IMG/VR virus record: IMGVR_UViG_3300005253_000053
Strand: one strand, 5' to 3'
DNA from: a virus
Lineage: Duplodnaviria; Heunggongvirae; Uroviricota; Caudoviricetes
Length of the DNA stretch: 64,000 bases
The notes under the pieces were generated by a model. It ran no database searches, had not been told where the DNA came from, and saw nothing but the letters and a program-made list of their open reading frames with translations. Shown here one piece after another: positions 25,364 to 34,868 of the stretch. The position numbers and the translations under genes are program-made. Numbering within the stretch: position 1 is the first letter of the stretch; every line of letters begins with the position of its first letter.

Positions 25364-25761
25364 ACCGGATTGTCGACGGTATCGAAGGTATGCTGCCCGA
25401 CCCGTTACAGTGGAGTTCGGACCGCGTCAAGACAATCATACGAGCGATCCTGGTCGAGGTGGAAGAGGTCGTCCACATCTCCTCGCACAACGCGGGATGC
25501 GCCATCGCGGCCAACAAGCTGCTCGACATCGCCAAGACAGGCAGGCACGGCGGAACCTTCGGGGGCGAGTCCATGGAGGCTTGCGCCCAGGAGATCCTCA
25601 AGCTGCACGCCGACCACCTGCGCATGGAGAAGCTGGAACGAGGCGATTCTCTCTGCATCGAGAGAGGAACCCCGATCACCACACGTCAGTTAGTCCTTCC
25701 CGAGGGGGACACGCTGCGAGAGCAAATCGACAAGGCCGAATTTACCAACGAGGTGACCTGA
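25324..25761 (+). CDS. Hypothetical protein (MSDDSPL...)
   Basis: GC3-rich frame. Confidence 0.6.
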   Translation: MSDDSPLDYDRVLNRIVDGIEGMLPDPLQWSSDRVKTIIRAILVEVEEVVHISSHNAGCAIAANKLLDIAKTGRHGGTFGGESMEACAQEILKLHADHLRMEKLERGDSLCIERGTPITTRQLVLPEGDTLREQIDKAEFTNEVT

Positions 25762-25840
25762 TGGACGTAGACGAACAGTTCGACAAGATCATCCAGGACG
25801 CGATCACCGAGGCGTCTGGGATCGACTGCTCCATCAAGGT

Positions 25841-26362
25841 TCAGTCGTAGAAGACGTTCTCAGTCTTGCCGCCATAGAACATGTGAGCGGCGGCAAGACG
25901 ATTTCCAAAGGGTCCGTAGAAATTCTGGTTCGAGGCCAACCAGAATTCTCCACCTCTGCGGAGAATGTACGCAGCGTGCCAGTCACCGCTCTTGCTGCCT
26001 ACGTACACGCGCCAGCTTTCGGAGTACCTGTCCTTCAACACACACTCGGCGATTCGCATCATGTCGTCGCAGTCGCCGTAGTTCAGGACCACGCTGACCC
26101 AAGGCACGCTGGAGTAGTCGAGTCTGCCGCCCCAGGGGTCCTGCTTCCACTTGAAGCCGCGCTCCTTGTACCACGCTGCAAGCTGGTAGCCGGTCCGGAA
26201 CTGACCGCGCATCAGCCGCAGTTCTCGTACAGCCCGGCGGCGCTTGAAGAAGTAACGAACGTACTGGCCAAGTCCCAGGAACCAGTCCCGGACGCGAACG
26301 CCCTTGTCGAAGACGAGATCGGCTGCCTCGGGGTGGCGAGCCAGCCAGCGGGGTGCAGACAT
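25841..26362 (-). CDS. Transglutaminase-like (papain-fold) cysteine protease/acyltransferase
   Basis: YGDCDD and GDWHAAYI; TAAGGAG RBS before MSAPRW. Confidence 0.6.
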   Translation of the reverse strand: MSAPRWLARHPEAADLVFDKGVRVRDWFLGLGQYVRYFFKRRRAVRELRLMRGQFRTGYQLAAWYKERGFKWKQDPWGGRLDYSSVPWVSVVLNYGDCDDMMRIAECVLKDRYSESWRVYVGSKSGDWHAAYILRRGGEFWLASNQNFYGPFGNRLAAAHMFYGGKTENVFYD

Positions 26363-26372
26363 GTGGGTCTCC

Positions 26373-26789
26373 TTATGGCTGAATCCGGTACGCCGCCCCG
26401 TCCCACTCCCCACCCAGCTTCTCCCAGGCTCTCGCAGCGGCTTTGGTAAGCTGAACGTCGCTCCTGACTGCCAGACCATAGTATCCGGCCAGCGCCTTGA
26501 GCACACGGCCGTACAAACCCTGGCCTCGGTACTCATCATCGATGTTGGCGTTCCGGACGACCAGGAGGCCTTTATCCCAGCCGTGGAACAGGTGACCTTC
26601 GCCGACGCCCTCACCATCGTGAAACACCATCCAGTTGATGGAGTTAATGGCGTAGGGCTCGACACTGACAGTGAACCCGTCTCCGATGCTGAACTCGGCA
26701 GGCTGTTCCTTGCCGATCATGGCCAAGGTATGGTCATCGGCCTCGTGGAGTTCCCGGGTCACAATCTGGTGTACAGGCGGGGCTTCCAT
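26373..26789 (-). CDS. GNAT acetyltransferase-like protein with short ...ELHEA leader
   Basis: NIDDEYRGQGLYGRV (acetyl-CoA motif A), LTKAAARAWEKL. Confidence 0.75.
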   Translation of the reverse strand: MEAPPVHQIVTRELHEADDHTLAMIGKEQPAEFSIGDGFTVSVEPYAINSINWMVFHDGEGVGEGHLFHGWDKGLLVVRNANIDDEYRGQGLYGRVLKALAGYYGLAVRSDVQLTKAAARAWEKLGGEWDGAAYRIQP

Positions 26790-26845
26790 GCCAGAATCCT
26801 AGCATAGCGCCGATCTCTCAGCAAATCCCCAGTTTTCACCTAGCC

Positions 26846-26867
26846 AAATAGCCTTCCCAATCCGATA
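26846..26867 (+). promoter_or_regulatory. Promoter-like motif copy 7 (AAATAGCCTTCCCAATCCGATA)
   Basis: Identical to copy 3 incl. upstream cctagcc. Confidence 0.8.
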
Positions 26868-26952
26868 ACATAGTTATGGAGCCTCTCCTACAGGACCAGT
26901 TCACAGAATCCAGGCATTGAGCCGGTAGAGACAGAACCCCCGGAGTACTACG

Positions 26953-27432
26953 ATGAGTGACAAGAGTGTTGTCGCGTTTGATCCCGATGCCCTCAAGAAG
27001 GCGATCCGTGGCCGCGTCCAAGCCGCCTTCGTCGACATGATCCCGGACGAGGCCTGGGACAAGATGGTCAGCGGGGAGATCGACAGCTTCTTCAAGGAAC
27101 CGCAGAAAGTCGTCACGGCGGAGGAGAAGCGCCACAGCCGGAATCAGTCCTGGCAGAGCGACCAGTACGAAATCTCCCGCGTCGAGATGACGCCTTTCCG
27201 GCAGGTCGTCTACGATCAACTTCGGCCGCTCGTCATCGCCGAAATCGTGAAACGCATCAATTCCGCCAATTTCGAGTCTGTGTGGTTTAACGAAGGCGAG
27301 CACCGGCTCGGACCCTTTTTTGAAAAGATCCTCCGGGACTGTGTACCCGAAATGGTGGCTCTCATGTTCAAGGGCGTTTTCGCCCGTGCAGCCGGTGCCA
27401 CGATGGAGAGCCTCAGGAACCAGCAGTTCTAA
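26953..27432 (+). CDS. Hypothetical protein
   Basis: GGAG RBS. Confidence 0.7.
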   Translation: MSDKSVVAFDPDALKKAIRGRVQAAFVDMIPDEAWDKMVSGEIDSFFKEPQKVVTAEEKRHSRNQSWQSDQYEISRVEMTPFRQVVYDQLRPLVIAEIVKRINSANFESVWFNEGEHRLGPFFEKILRDCVPEMVALMFKGVFARAAGATMESLRNQQF

Positions 27433-27746
27433 TGTGCGTCCACGTCACTATGCAAGATATCCGGCTGGGCAAGCCTGACAGCCCGGCATACGGCCCAATC
27501 GCTTTGGCAGTTGGCCGCGCCCAGGGTGGCGGCGTAGCCAGCGTCTACTACTCCGACATTCTCACGACACGGGGGATCTTCGAGACGCCGGAAGAGGTGT
27601 GCCAGTGGATATTGGCATTTGACCACGGAGAGGCCTCGGGATATTTACCACCCCCATTTACCTTCACTCTAAAAAATAAAGCCCGTTTTGAAGCGTACCC
27701 GATGCCCGATCCTCCCTGGCCCCGGTGGTTGTGGAGGTGGGACTGA
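27432..27746 (+). CDS. Hypothetical protein
   Basis: TAATG coupling. Confidence 0.55.
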   Translation: MCVHVTMQDIRLGKPDSPAYGPIALAVGRAQGGGVASVYYSDILTTRGIFETPEEVCQWILAFDHGEASGYLPPPFTFTLKNKARFEAYPMPDPPWPRWLWRWD

Positions 27747-28009
27747 TGCACGACTTGTCCGAAGAACACATCGCTACGCTCCGGCTTGCGGATAAGCAGG
27801 GCGGACTCACGTTCCAATGCGAGAAGAATGGTCCCCATCTCCTAACCGTGCTCGATGAAGACGCCCCCTGCTCTCGGCCGGTCGCGGCTGACCTGTCACG
27901 TTGGGGACTCATCCAGGTAGTCGGTGCCTCGGATACACAGATAGGGTACAAACTCACTGACGAAGCCAAAGAGTGGCTTCGAGAACACCCGGAGACTGAT
28001 GATGCGTAA
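27746..28009 (+). CDS. Hypothetical protein (MHDLSEEH...)
   Basis: GGAGG RBS; TGATG coupling. Confidence 0.6.
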   Translation: MHDLSEEHIATLRLADKQGGLTFQCEKNGPHLLTVLDEDAPCSRPVAADLSRWGLIQVVGASDTQIGYKLTDEAKEWLREHPETDDA

Positions 28010-28433
28010 ACCCAGCGACGAGTTCTGGGCAGCCTTCCGTTGCGGCGGAAGCCTCGTCATCCTGTGCGAGCACTGCGGACGGACACACTTCTGTACCACT
28101 TCCGGGGCTGTCGACTACAACGAAGGTGAACTGGAAGAGCTACTGGAGAAGGCCAAGAAAGACCCCGACATGTACCGTGAAGACGGCACGTACAGCAGCA
28201 TCGAGTGGGGATACATCGGCGGGAAGCAGTCTGTCATGCACTGCCCCTGCAACGAAGAGAAGATCGCTCCCTACGAACAGTTCATCATCGTCCACGCCGA
28301 ACAGATCCTGGAGTATCTCCAGAGCCGAGCTAATAAAAAACTCAGGAGTTCTCAGAGCCTCATGGACAAGGTCAACGAGACACTTAACGCCACAGAGGAA
28401 GCAGACAATGCGAGTAACCGTAGCCCCGAATGA
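27999..28433 (+). CDS. Cys-rich hypothetical protein
   Basis: CEHCGRTHFC, HCPC. Confidence 0.65.
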   Translation: MMRKPSDEFWAAFRCGGSLVILCEHCGRTHFCTTSGAVDYNEGELEELLEKAKKDPDMYREDGTYSSIEWGYIGGKQSVMHCPCNEEKIAPYEQFIIVHAEQILEYLQSRANKKLRSSQSLMDKVNETLNATEEADNASNRSPE

Positions 28434-29616
28434 ACCGCCCGAGTCCTGGACCTCATCGGTTTTCCTCGCCGGTCCCACGCCACGCAAAGAGGGCGACACC
28501 CGCTGGCGTGACAAAGCTATCGCGGAGTTCAAGAAGAGAGGCTTCGACGGTGTGATCCTCGACCCCGAGCGTGAGGACTGGCCCGAAGACAAAGAGGGCT
28601 ACGAAGAGCAGATCCACTGGGAGCAGGAGATGCGCGAGCGGTGCGACGTAATCCTGTTCTTCGTCCCGCGCCACATGGAACTGGCCCCCGGACTGACGAC
28701 CAACATCGAGTTCGGCCAGGACCTATCAGGCTGGAAGGTCGTCTACGGCAGGCCCAACGACGCGGTCAAGATGGACTACATGGATCTCATCTACAAGCAG
28801 CGCTACAAGGTGGTCCACGAGACGTCCATCGAGGCCACGGTCCAGGCCGCCATGGACATGATCGAGACGCTCACGGAGAAGATCCACGACGTCGAGGCGG
28901 AGACGAGTGCGCTGCGTGAGGACGGCGAGACCTATGTGCCTCTTCACATCTGGTCGTCTCCCCAGTTCCAGTCCTGGTACAAGGCTCAGCTTGCCGTGGG
29001 CAACCGTCTTGACGCCGCCCGCGTGGAGTACGCGTTCGTGATGCCCAAGGCAGGGCTGCTGTTCATGTTCGTACTGTGGGTCAAGGTCTGGATCGAGGCA
29101 GAGCAGCGGCACAAGGAGAACGAGTTCATCGTCAGCCGCACCGACATCTCCACCATCGTGGCGTACAAGAAGGCGCTGTCCGGATCGCTGGCCGACACTG
29201 AACTGGTCCTGGTCCAGGAGTTCCGCAGCCCGGTCCGTAACAGCAGCGGCTTCGTCTACGAGTTGCCCGGTGGGTCAAGCATCAAGCCTGGGCAGGACCC
29301 GCTACAGATCGCGGCCGAAGAACTCCACGAGGAAACCGGCATCAAGATCGACGACCCGAAGCGGTTCGTTCAGGTCATGCCGAAGCAGCTTGTCGCCACC
29401 ATGCTCACGCACCAAGCCCACGTCTTCGCCATCGAACTGACCGAGGAGGAGATGGCTGTCGCGCGGGCCAAGGACGCGGCCGACGAGACCCACGGTCTGG
29501 AAGAGGACTCGGAGAAGACCTACGTCCGGGTCACGACGTTCGGTGAGCTTCCCGACCGCGATGTCGACTGGTCGACCATCGGGATGATCACCACGGCCCT
29601 ACGCCAGGAACTCTGA
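28408..29616 (+). CDS. Nucleoside 2'-deoxyribosyltransferase-like domain fused to Nudix hydrolase
   Basis: SVFLAGPTPR...QIHWE...PGLTTNIEFG; C-terminal ELPGG...AAEELHEETG. Confidence 0.8.
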   Translation: MRVTVAPNEPPESWTSSVFLAGPTPRKEGDTRWRDKAIAEFKKRGFDGVILDPEREDWPEDKEGYEEQIHWEQEMRERCDVILFFVPRHMELAPGLTTNIEFGQDLSGWKVVYGRPNDAVKMDYMDLIYKQRYKVVHETSIEATVQAAMDMIETLTEKIHDVEAETSALREDGETYVPLHIWSSPQFQSWYKAQLAVGNRLDAARVEYAFVMPKAGLLFMFVLWVKVWIEAEQRHKENEFIVSRTDISTIVAYKKALSGSLADTELVLVQEFRSPVRNSSGFVYELPGGSSIKPGQDPLQIAAEELHEETGIKIDDPKRFVQVMPKQLVATMLTHQAHVFAIELTEEEMAVARAKDAADETHGLEEDSEKTYVRVTTFGELPDRDVDWSTIGMITTALRQEL

Positions 29617-29617
29617 C

Positions 29618-29914
29618 ATGCCTCCAGCGATTATGATGTCTTACGACCGTGTGCAGGTCTTCCGGTTTGGCGACGGCACTGATTGGGTTGCTACGCGTGA
29701 CGTCGACGAGGCCATCAAGTGGTACTGTGCCGAGAACGGGTTCGAGGATGCCGACGATGCCGGATTCGATCCGAATCCCGTCTGCCTGATGACCGAGCAC
29801 TACATCGAAGGGAACAACCCTGAAGCAGGTCGGGAGACCTTCCTCGACTGCATCAAGATACGCATTAAGAATGGCTGGGAGTTCCCGGCCGTCATCAGCA
29901 GCGAGAACTCCTGA
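29618..29914 (+). CDS. Hypothetical protein
   Basis: ORF track. Confidence 0.55.
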   Translation: MPPAIMMSYDRVQVFRFGDGTDWVATRDVDEAIKWYCAENGFEDADDAGFDPNPVCLMTEHYIEGNNPEAGRETFLDCIKIRIKNGWEFPAVISSENS

Positions 29915-29915
29915 T

Positions 29916-30737
29916 ATGAATGATGATTACCATGGTCCTCCGCCAGGAGTTACAGCCATGAATTTCGACACCGAGCTTGTGCAGTGCATGGTCGACCGCA
30001 TCTGCGATTTTCACAGGGGCCAGACCCGTAAGGCCCTGCCGATCCCGTACACCTTTCATCTCTTCGACGTGGCCAAGACGCTGGTCAACTGGGGCATCGA
30101 AGATGCCGACGTCATTGCCGCTGGTCTGGGGCACGACCTGATCGAGGACACCAAGGACAGTCACCCCAGCCTGATCGCACAATTCGGCACACGTATCGCC
30201 GGGATGATCGACGAACTGACTTGGGTCAAGGAGGACGGCACCAGTCGGACGGCCAAGGTCAAGCACTGGAAGCAGTTCGCCGAGCACTCCACCATCCAGG
30301 CCCTGGTCATCAAGGCGGCCGACCGCTACTGCAACGTCCGGGACTACGCCCGGCAGCGCAGTCGGGACAACGAGTACGAAGGCGAGTACGCGGCCCGGTA
30401 TGCCTGCTATCTGTACCCGGTGTGGCGGGCGATCTACACTCGGCAGGACGAGGTCTCTCGGGTCTTCGGAGACAGGGCGCAGCGGCTCATGGACCCGGAC
30501 ATCCGGTGGATCATCCGCCTCATCCGCTGCGACGTGAAGATTTGCCTGGACGTCATCAACTCCAGGACGGTCCTCATCGACGGCGCTCTGGACATCGGGC
30601 TGGGCAAGGAACTTTGCGACGCTCAGGCTGATCTGGAGAGGCTGAACCACGAGCGCTCCAAGAACGAGAAGGAGATCCAGGCAGCCGAATTGAGGCTCCA
30701 TAAGCTGAATAGGCGGGCCTCCGATGAGCCTGAGTGA
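29916..30737 (+). CDS. HD-domain hydrolase, SpoT/Mesh1-like
   Basis: PYTFHLFDVA, AAGLGHDLIEDT, FG..IA.MI.ELT, IKAADR..N. Confidence 0.8.
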   Translation: MNDDYHGPPPGVTAMNFDTELVQCMVDRICDFHRGQTRKALPIPYTFHLFDVAKTLVNWGIEDADVIAAGLGHDLIEDTKDSHPSLIAQFGTRIAGMIDELTWVKEDGTSRTAKVKHWKQFAEHSTIQALVIKAADRYCNVRDYARQRSRDNEYEGEYAARYACYLYPVWRAIYTRQDEVSRVFGDRAQRLMDPDIRWIIRLIRCDVKICLDVINSRTVLIDGALDIGLGKELCDAQADLERLNHERSKNEKEIQAAELRLHKLNRRASDEPE

Positions 30738-30770
30738 CCCTCTATACATTTTTATTGGATTTGTAACCGT

Positions 30771-30792
30771 AAATACCCCTCCAAATCCGATA
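30771..30792 (+). promoter_or_regulatory. Promoter-like motif copy 8 (AAATACCCCTCCAAATCCGATA)
   Basis: Consensus match before 30809. Confidence 0.75.
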
Positions 30793-30808
30793 ATATAAGT
30801 AGTGCTAC

Positions 30809-31216
30809 ATGGACGATGAAATACTACAGCGCGAAGTGACCCTGGCCCTGGAGAAGGAACTCCAGGGCTATCAAAGCACGGTTGACCTGCTGAAGCAGGG
30901 CTTGAAGGAGGCCAAGAACCGGGCCAACATCAAGTTCAACGTGCACCTCCGCTGCATATGGGCCGACCACGGCGGCAGGGACGCCAAGGCCGAGCGCACC
31001 CGGGACCTGGAGAAGGCTCTCAAGAACGCGGTCACCCGTTACCTCAAGATCAACAAGCGGTCCGATGTCCAGGCCCAGTGGCAGGTCACGTTCCAGCTTC
31101 CCTGCGGAGCAGGCGGGAAGGTCCCCGACAAAGTATGGAAGCCTCTCGCCATCAAGGTGCTGGAGAAGTACGCACCCAGTACGTCCAGCTTGCAGCGTTG
31201 GAAGGGTGAGCTATGA
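30809..31216 (+). CDS. Hypothetical protein
   Basis: ORF track. Confidence 0.65.
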   Translation: MDDEILQREVTLALEKELQGYQSTVDLLKQGLKEAKNRANIKFNVHLRCIWADHGGRDAKAERTRDLEKALKNAVTRYLKINKRSDVQAQWQVTFQLPCGAGGKVPDKVWKPLAIKVLEKYAPSTSSLQRWKGEL

Positions 31217-31563
31217 GCACCGCCATGCAGAAGCTGAAGGAGGAGCTTGCCACGGCCGACGCCAAGGTCGATCAGATCTCAGGTGAGCTTACGAAAGCTG
31301 TCGAAATCAGGAACTCAGTCCTCGACCGCATGTTCGAGACTGACACAGGCTTCCGCATCGGGGGCGACGCTATCCAGACGCTGTCGTATGGAAGTAGGCC
31401 TCCGCGCCGTGTGAAAATCTTGCGCCTGACTAATCGCGATTGGAGCAACGGCAAAAACTGGTGGTGCGCAGTTCAAATTTACAAGAAAGACGGGACGCTT
31501 GGAAAGAACGAGGCCCGGGTATTCAGCGCCAAGGACGAACTCGCACAGGTTGACAAGGAATAG
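31213..31563 (+). CDS. Hypothetical protein
   Basis: ATGA coupling. Confidence 0.65.
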   Translation: MSTAMQKLKEELATADAKVDQISGELTKAVEIRNSVLDRMFETDTGFRIGGDAIQTLSYGSRPPRRVKILRLTNRDWSNGKNWWCAVQIYKKDGTLGKNEARVFSAKDELAQVDKE

Positions 31564-31565
31564 CT

Positions 31566-31838
31566 ATGCCTCATGGCGAGAAGACGCGAATCGGCATCGA
31601 GATCTTCAACGCTTTTGACCTGACCCGAGGTCGAGTCGAGGAAGACTTCGAGCCCGAAGCACTGGCGTACAGAGAGTGGCCGAGCGTCCCCATCAAGGGC
31701 GACCGGATCTACCTTAGCGAGACAGACAAAACGTACGAGGTCCTGTGGCGAACCTGGAGTTCCTTGGTAGACGGCAAGGCTGTGGTGATCACGACCGGAG
31801 CGTACGTCACACTCGCAGTGCAGGAGGTAGACCACTGA
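31566..31838 (+). CDS. Hypothetical protein
   Basis: AAGGA RBS. Confidence 0.6.
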   Translation: MPHGEKTRIGIEIFNAFDLTRGRVEEDFEPEALAYREWPSVPIKGDRIYLSETDKTYEVLWRTWSSLVDGKAVVITTGAYVTLAVQEVDH

Positions 31839-32476
31839 TGGCCAAAGTCACCAAAGCTCAGCGTGCCAAGGTCGCGAAGGCCCTGAATAAACTGCTGGCC
31901 GAGCGCCGGATCTCTGACGGCGGCTACGCTCCGGCCACCGAACAGGACATCGATCAAATCCACGTCCTGTTCTGCACGATCATCGAAGCCAAGTGGGGAA
32001 GCGATCCTGATGGCGATCTGCCTGTCGAATACAAGTTGATCAACCGCCACACAGAAGAGCGACTTCACTACTACCCGATCCCGTACGGCCACCGGCTCAA
32101 GGACTTCGAGGCGATGCGGAATCGGGTAAGCCTGCTGATGGCCAACTTGGACATGGCTCAGGAAGCTGTGAGCAAAATGATGCGTGGCTTCATGGACTAC
32201 GACATGCCTCGGATAGGCCTCACGTACCGGAACTGGTACATGGGAGGTGCCGCGCCGCACCAACGCGGCCACTACTGGGCCGCAAGCTCGAAGCTATTCA
32301 AGGGACGTCAGGTTGTCGAAGTTACGCACGGACAACCAACCGGTCGAGGCTTGGTCGTCCGGTTGCCGGGACAGGATGAACAGATTTCGCTGGACGAGAT
32401 CAAGCTCTGGGGTCCCCAAGTCCTGAATTTCGACAGTGGACCGCTACCTTGGGGAGATTCCAACGATGAAAAATAA
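31838..32476 (+). CDS. Hypothetical protein (MAKVTKAQ...)
   Basis: GGAGG RBS; TGATG coupling. Confidence 0.65.
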   Translation: MAKVTKAQRAKVAKALNKLLAERRISDGGYAPATEQDIDQIHVLFCTIIEAKWGSDPDGDLPVEYKLINRHTEERLHYYPIPYGHRLKDFEAMRNRVSLLMANLDMAQEAVSKMMRGFMDYDMPRIGLTYRNWYMGGAAPHQRGHYWAASSKLFKGRQVVEVTHGQPTGRGLVVRLPGQDEQISLDEIKLWGPQVLNFDSGPLPWGDSNDEK

Positions 32477-32687
32477 GTTCTTGCCTACTCTGATGGTCTG
32501 GGTAGTGGGCTACGCACTCGGTGCCGCGTCCGTAGGGTGCATTGTAGGTATTGTCCACGTGGTCTATAATCCTCCTGATCCGGGCGAAGCGCCCCTCGGT
32601 ATGCCGATAGCAGGCCTCGGGCTGTTCACCCTTGCTTTCATCCTCGGCATCATCCTAACGACGATGTACGATACGGAGAAGAAATGA
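32466..32687 (+). CDS. Two-TM membrane protein
   Basis: Two hydrophobic helices; GGGGAG RBS. Confidence 0.6.
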   Translation: MKNKFLPTLMVWVVGYALGAASVGCIVGIVHVVYNPPDPGEAPLGMPIAGLGLFTLAFILGIILTTMYDTEKK

Positions 32688-32956
32688 CCAACGAACACAA
32701 AGATGGGTGGAAACCCTCGCTCACATCGAAGTGTGCTGTCTGCAACGAGCGCCGGGCCGAGATCAACCTGAATAGCGTCACCGGGCACACCGGACAGTAC
32801 TACGACATGTCTCCCGAGGCCATGTCGCAGACCCTGCGGTTCTGCAAGAACAGTACCAAGTGCCGCGAGGTCGCGGGCGCGATGGTCCGCCTGAAGATGC
32901 CGTACGACCACCCAGAATGCTGGCGAGCGGAGCAAAAGAAGCTCGACGGCAGATGA
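32684..32956 (+). CDS. Cys-containing hypothetical
   Basis: CAVC...CKNSTKC; ATGA coupling. Confidence 0.55.
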   Translation: MTNEHKDGWKPSLTSKCAVCNERRAEINLNSVTGHTGQYYDMSPEAMSQTLRFCKNSTKCREVAGAMVRLKMPYDHPECWRAEQKKLDGR

Positions 32957-32977
32957 TTCTGTAAAATTTCCTTGCGT

Positions 32978-32999
32978 AAATACCCCTTCCGATCCGATA
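32978..32999 (+). promoter_or_regulatory. Promoter-like motif copy 9 (AAATACCCCTTCCGATCCGATA)
   Basis: Followed by ACATTGGTAGGAGG RBS and ATG 33021. Confidence 0.8.
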
Positions 33000-33020
33000 A
33001 CATTGGTAGGAGGACTGCTC

Positions 33021-34157
33021 ATGCCTGACCTGCTAAGCTCTGACGACTGGGAAAAGCGACTCTTCGGAGACTATAGACGTCAGTGGTGGGCGGGTGCAGA
33101 AGTCTATCGCATGGGCTCCACCCTCGACGAGCCTGTCCTCGAAGCAGATCAGGCTGCCCTCGATGCTTGGCGTGAGAAAGTCACCGATCCTCAGGCGATC
33201 AAGGCTTTCGAGGACGAGTACCTGTGCACGCGCCCGCGACAAGACGAGGCCCGGCAGCAGGCCAAGACCAAACTGTTCCGTGCGGCCTACGGCAAGTCTT
33301 CTCTTACTGACGCTACCAAAGTGTGGATGCAGGCGGAGATGCTGCGCAAGGAAAGGCAGGCCGACAGCGGCACCACGTCTCCCGAAAATGTCTCCGGCGT
33401 CGTCACAACCAAGTTCACCAGTGCCACGCAGGGCAAAGTCGACGTGGTCGACGGCAGTAACGACGTCCATGTCAGCACCCACGACGGTGCGACACAGTGT
33501 ACGTTCACCGTCGAGATCCCCGGCGTCGACCAGTGGATCGTCGACGAGTACCGGCGGAACCTGAAGACACTGCGGGACATCTACGGAGACCAGATCAGCG
33601 ATGTCGTCCTGCCGGAGCAGACCGAAGAGGCGCTACGTGAGTTCAACGAGAACTTCCGGCGGCACGCCAGCAGTCTGTACAGCAGTCCCGAAGTCGTGAA
33701 GACAACCGACTTGCTTGGCATGCTCCTGCTGGATACGCTGGGTACGCTGGCAACGGGAGTCAGCGTCAACTACTGGAGCCTGCAACGTTACACCTTGAAA
33801 GACCTGGGCGAAGAGCGGCAGGCACTGGGCATCCCAGTTGGGTGCGCCGCCCAAGGCCGGAACATCGTGATTCGCAAGGCCGGTAAGAACTACCCGCACG
33901 TCAACGGTCACGAGTGGCACATTGATCACACAGAGTGTAGCGCCAGTCTCATCTCCCCCGCGTTCCCGACGTATGAGCGGGCGAACGCGGTGGCCGAACA
34001 ACTTATCAACAACTGTCAGTGGGGGCTGTCAGGCTACGAACCTGGAGAGGTTTTCAACAACTTCCCCGCTCACATGGGCGAGTACATGCAGTACATGACT
34101 CGTCGTGACGTGGACTTTGTGGATTACCAGACGTGGCTGCTACGCTTCCATCGTTAA
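33021..34157 (+). CDS. Hypothetical protein (MPDLLSSDDW...)
   Basis: Long GC3-rich ORF, AGGAGG RBS. Confidence 0.75.
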   Translation: MPDLLSSDDWEKRLFGDYRRQWWAGAEVYRMGSTLDEPVLEADQAALDAWREKVTDPQAIKAFEDEYLCTRPRQDEARQQAKTKLFRAAYGKSSLTDATKVWMQAEMLRKERQADSGTTSPENVSGVVTTKFTSATQGKVDVVDGSNDVHVSTHDGATQCTFTVEIPGVDQWIVDEYRRNLKTLRDIYGDQISDVVLPEQTEEALREFNENFRRHASSLYSSPEVVKTTDLLGMLLLDTLGTLATGVSVNYWSLQRYTLKDLGEERQALGIPVGCAAQGRNIVIRKAGKNYPHVNGHEWHIDHTECSASLISPAFPTYERANAVAEQLINNCQWGLSGYEPGEVFNNFPAHMGEYMQYMTRRDVDFVDYQTWLLRFHR

Positions 34158-34558
34158 TGGCCCAGCGAGAGATCATTCATCGGCTGTCCAAATGCTTCCA
34201 GGCCCTGCCTCGCAGAGACTGGTTGGGCAACTTGGTGTGGCATGCCAAGAAGGGCAACCCGGTCCTGTGCGGGTCGACCGATCACGACTGGTACATCAAG
34301 TACGGGTTCGGATCGCCTGCTGTCATGGCCGTCACGCGCGCCGACCTCACTAAGTTCCAGCCCACCATGAAAGTCGACGAGCTTCCGGCCCATATCCGGC
34401 ACCAAGTCGTTGCGGCGTTCGAGTCGCTCTGCGTACCATACGGCTACGATGTCTACATGGATACGTTGGAAGCGGCCTCGCAAGCGGATGTCTACGAGGC
34501 CATCCTGTCGCTGGAAGGGTCGGACTTCGAGGAAGACTCAGTTCCGAAGGGCACGTAG
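34157..34558 (+). CDS. Hypothetical protein (MAQREIIH...)
   Basis: TAATG coupling. Confidence 0.65.
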   Translation: MAQREIIHRLSKCFQALPRRDWLGNLVWHAKKGNPVLCGSTDHDWYIKYGFGSPAVMAVTRADLTKFQPTMKVDELPAHIRHQVVAAFESLCVPYGYDVYMDTLEAASQADVYEAILSLEGSDFEEDSVPKGT

Positions 34559-34855
34559 GACCGTGTCCCGAACGCCGCCCTTCTTCTGGGGCGGCTCACC
34601 CAGATCCAGTTCGCCCTGAACCTCTTTCGGCTCCGGCTTGACCGGCTTCTCCTCAGGCTCCGGCTCGGAATGCTGGACTAGCTGGCCCGGCTTGGTCCGA
34701 GCGTGCACACTGCGACGGGAAGTCTCATTCTGGACGTCCTCCCAGTCCACCTTGTAGCGCTCGGACGCCTTGAAGATGGACTGCATGAAGGGAAGGCCAC
34801 GCTGGCGACGAAGCTGGGATGCGAAGTCGGCGGCTCTTTCGATACGGTCAGGCAT
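34538..34855 (-). CDS. Hypothetical protein
   Basis: GAGGA RBS; convergent overlap with 34157..34558. Confidence 0.6.
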   Translation of the reverse strand: MPDRIERAADFASQLRRQRGLPFMQSIFKASERYKVDWEDVQNETSRRSVHARTKPGQLVQHSEPEPEEKPVKPEPKEVQGELDLGEPPQKKGGVRDTVLRALRN

Positions 34856-34868
34856 GATTGGTCCTCAG

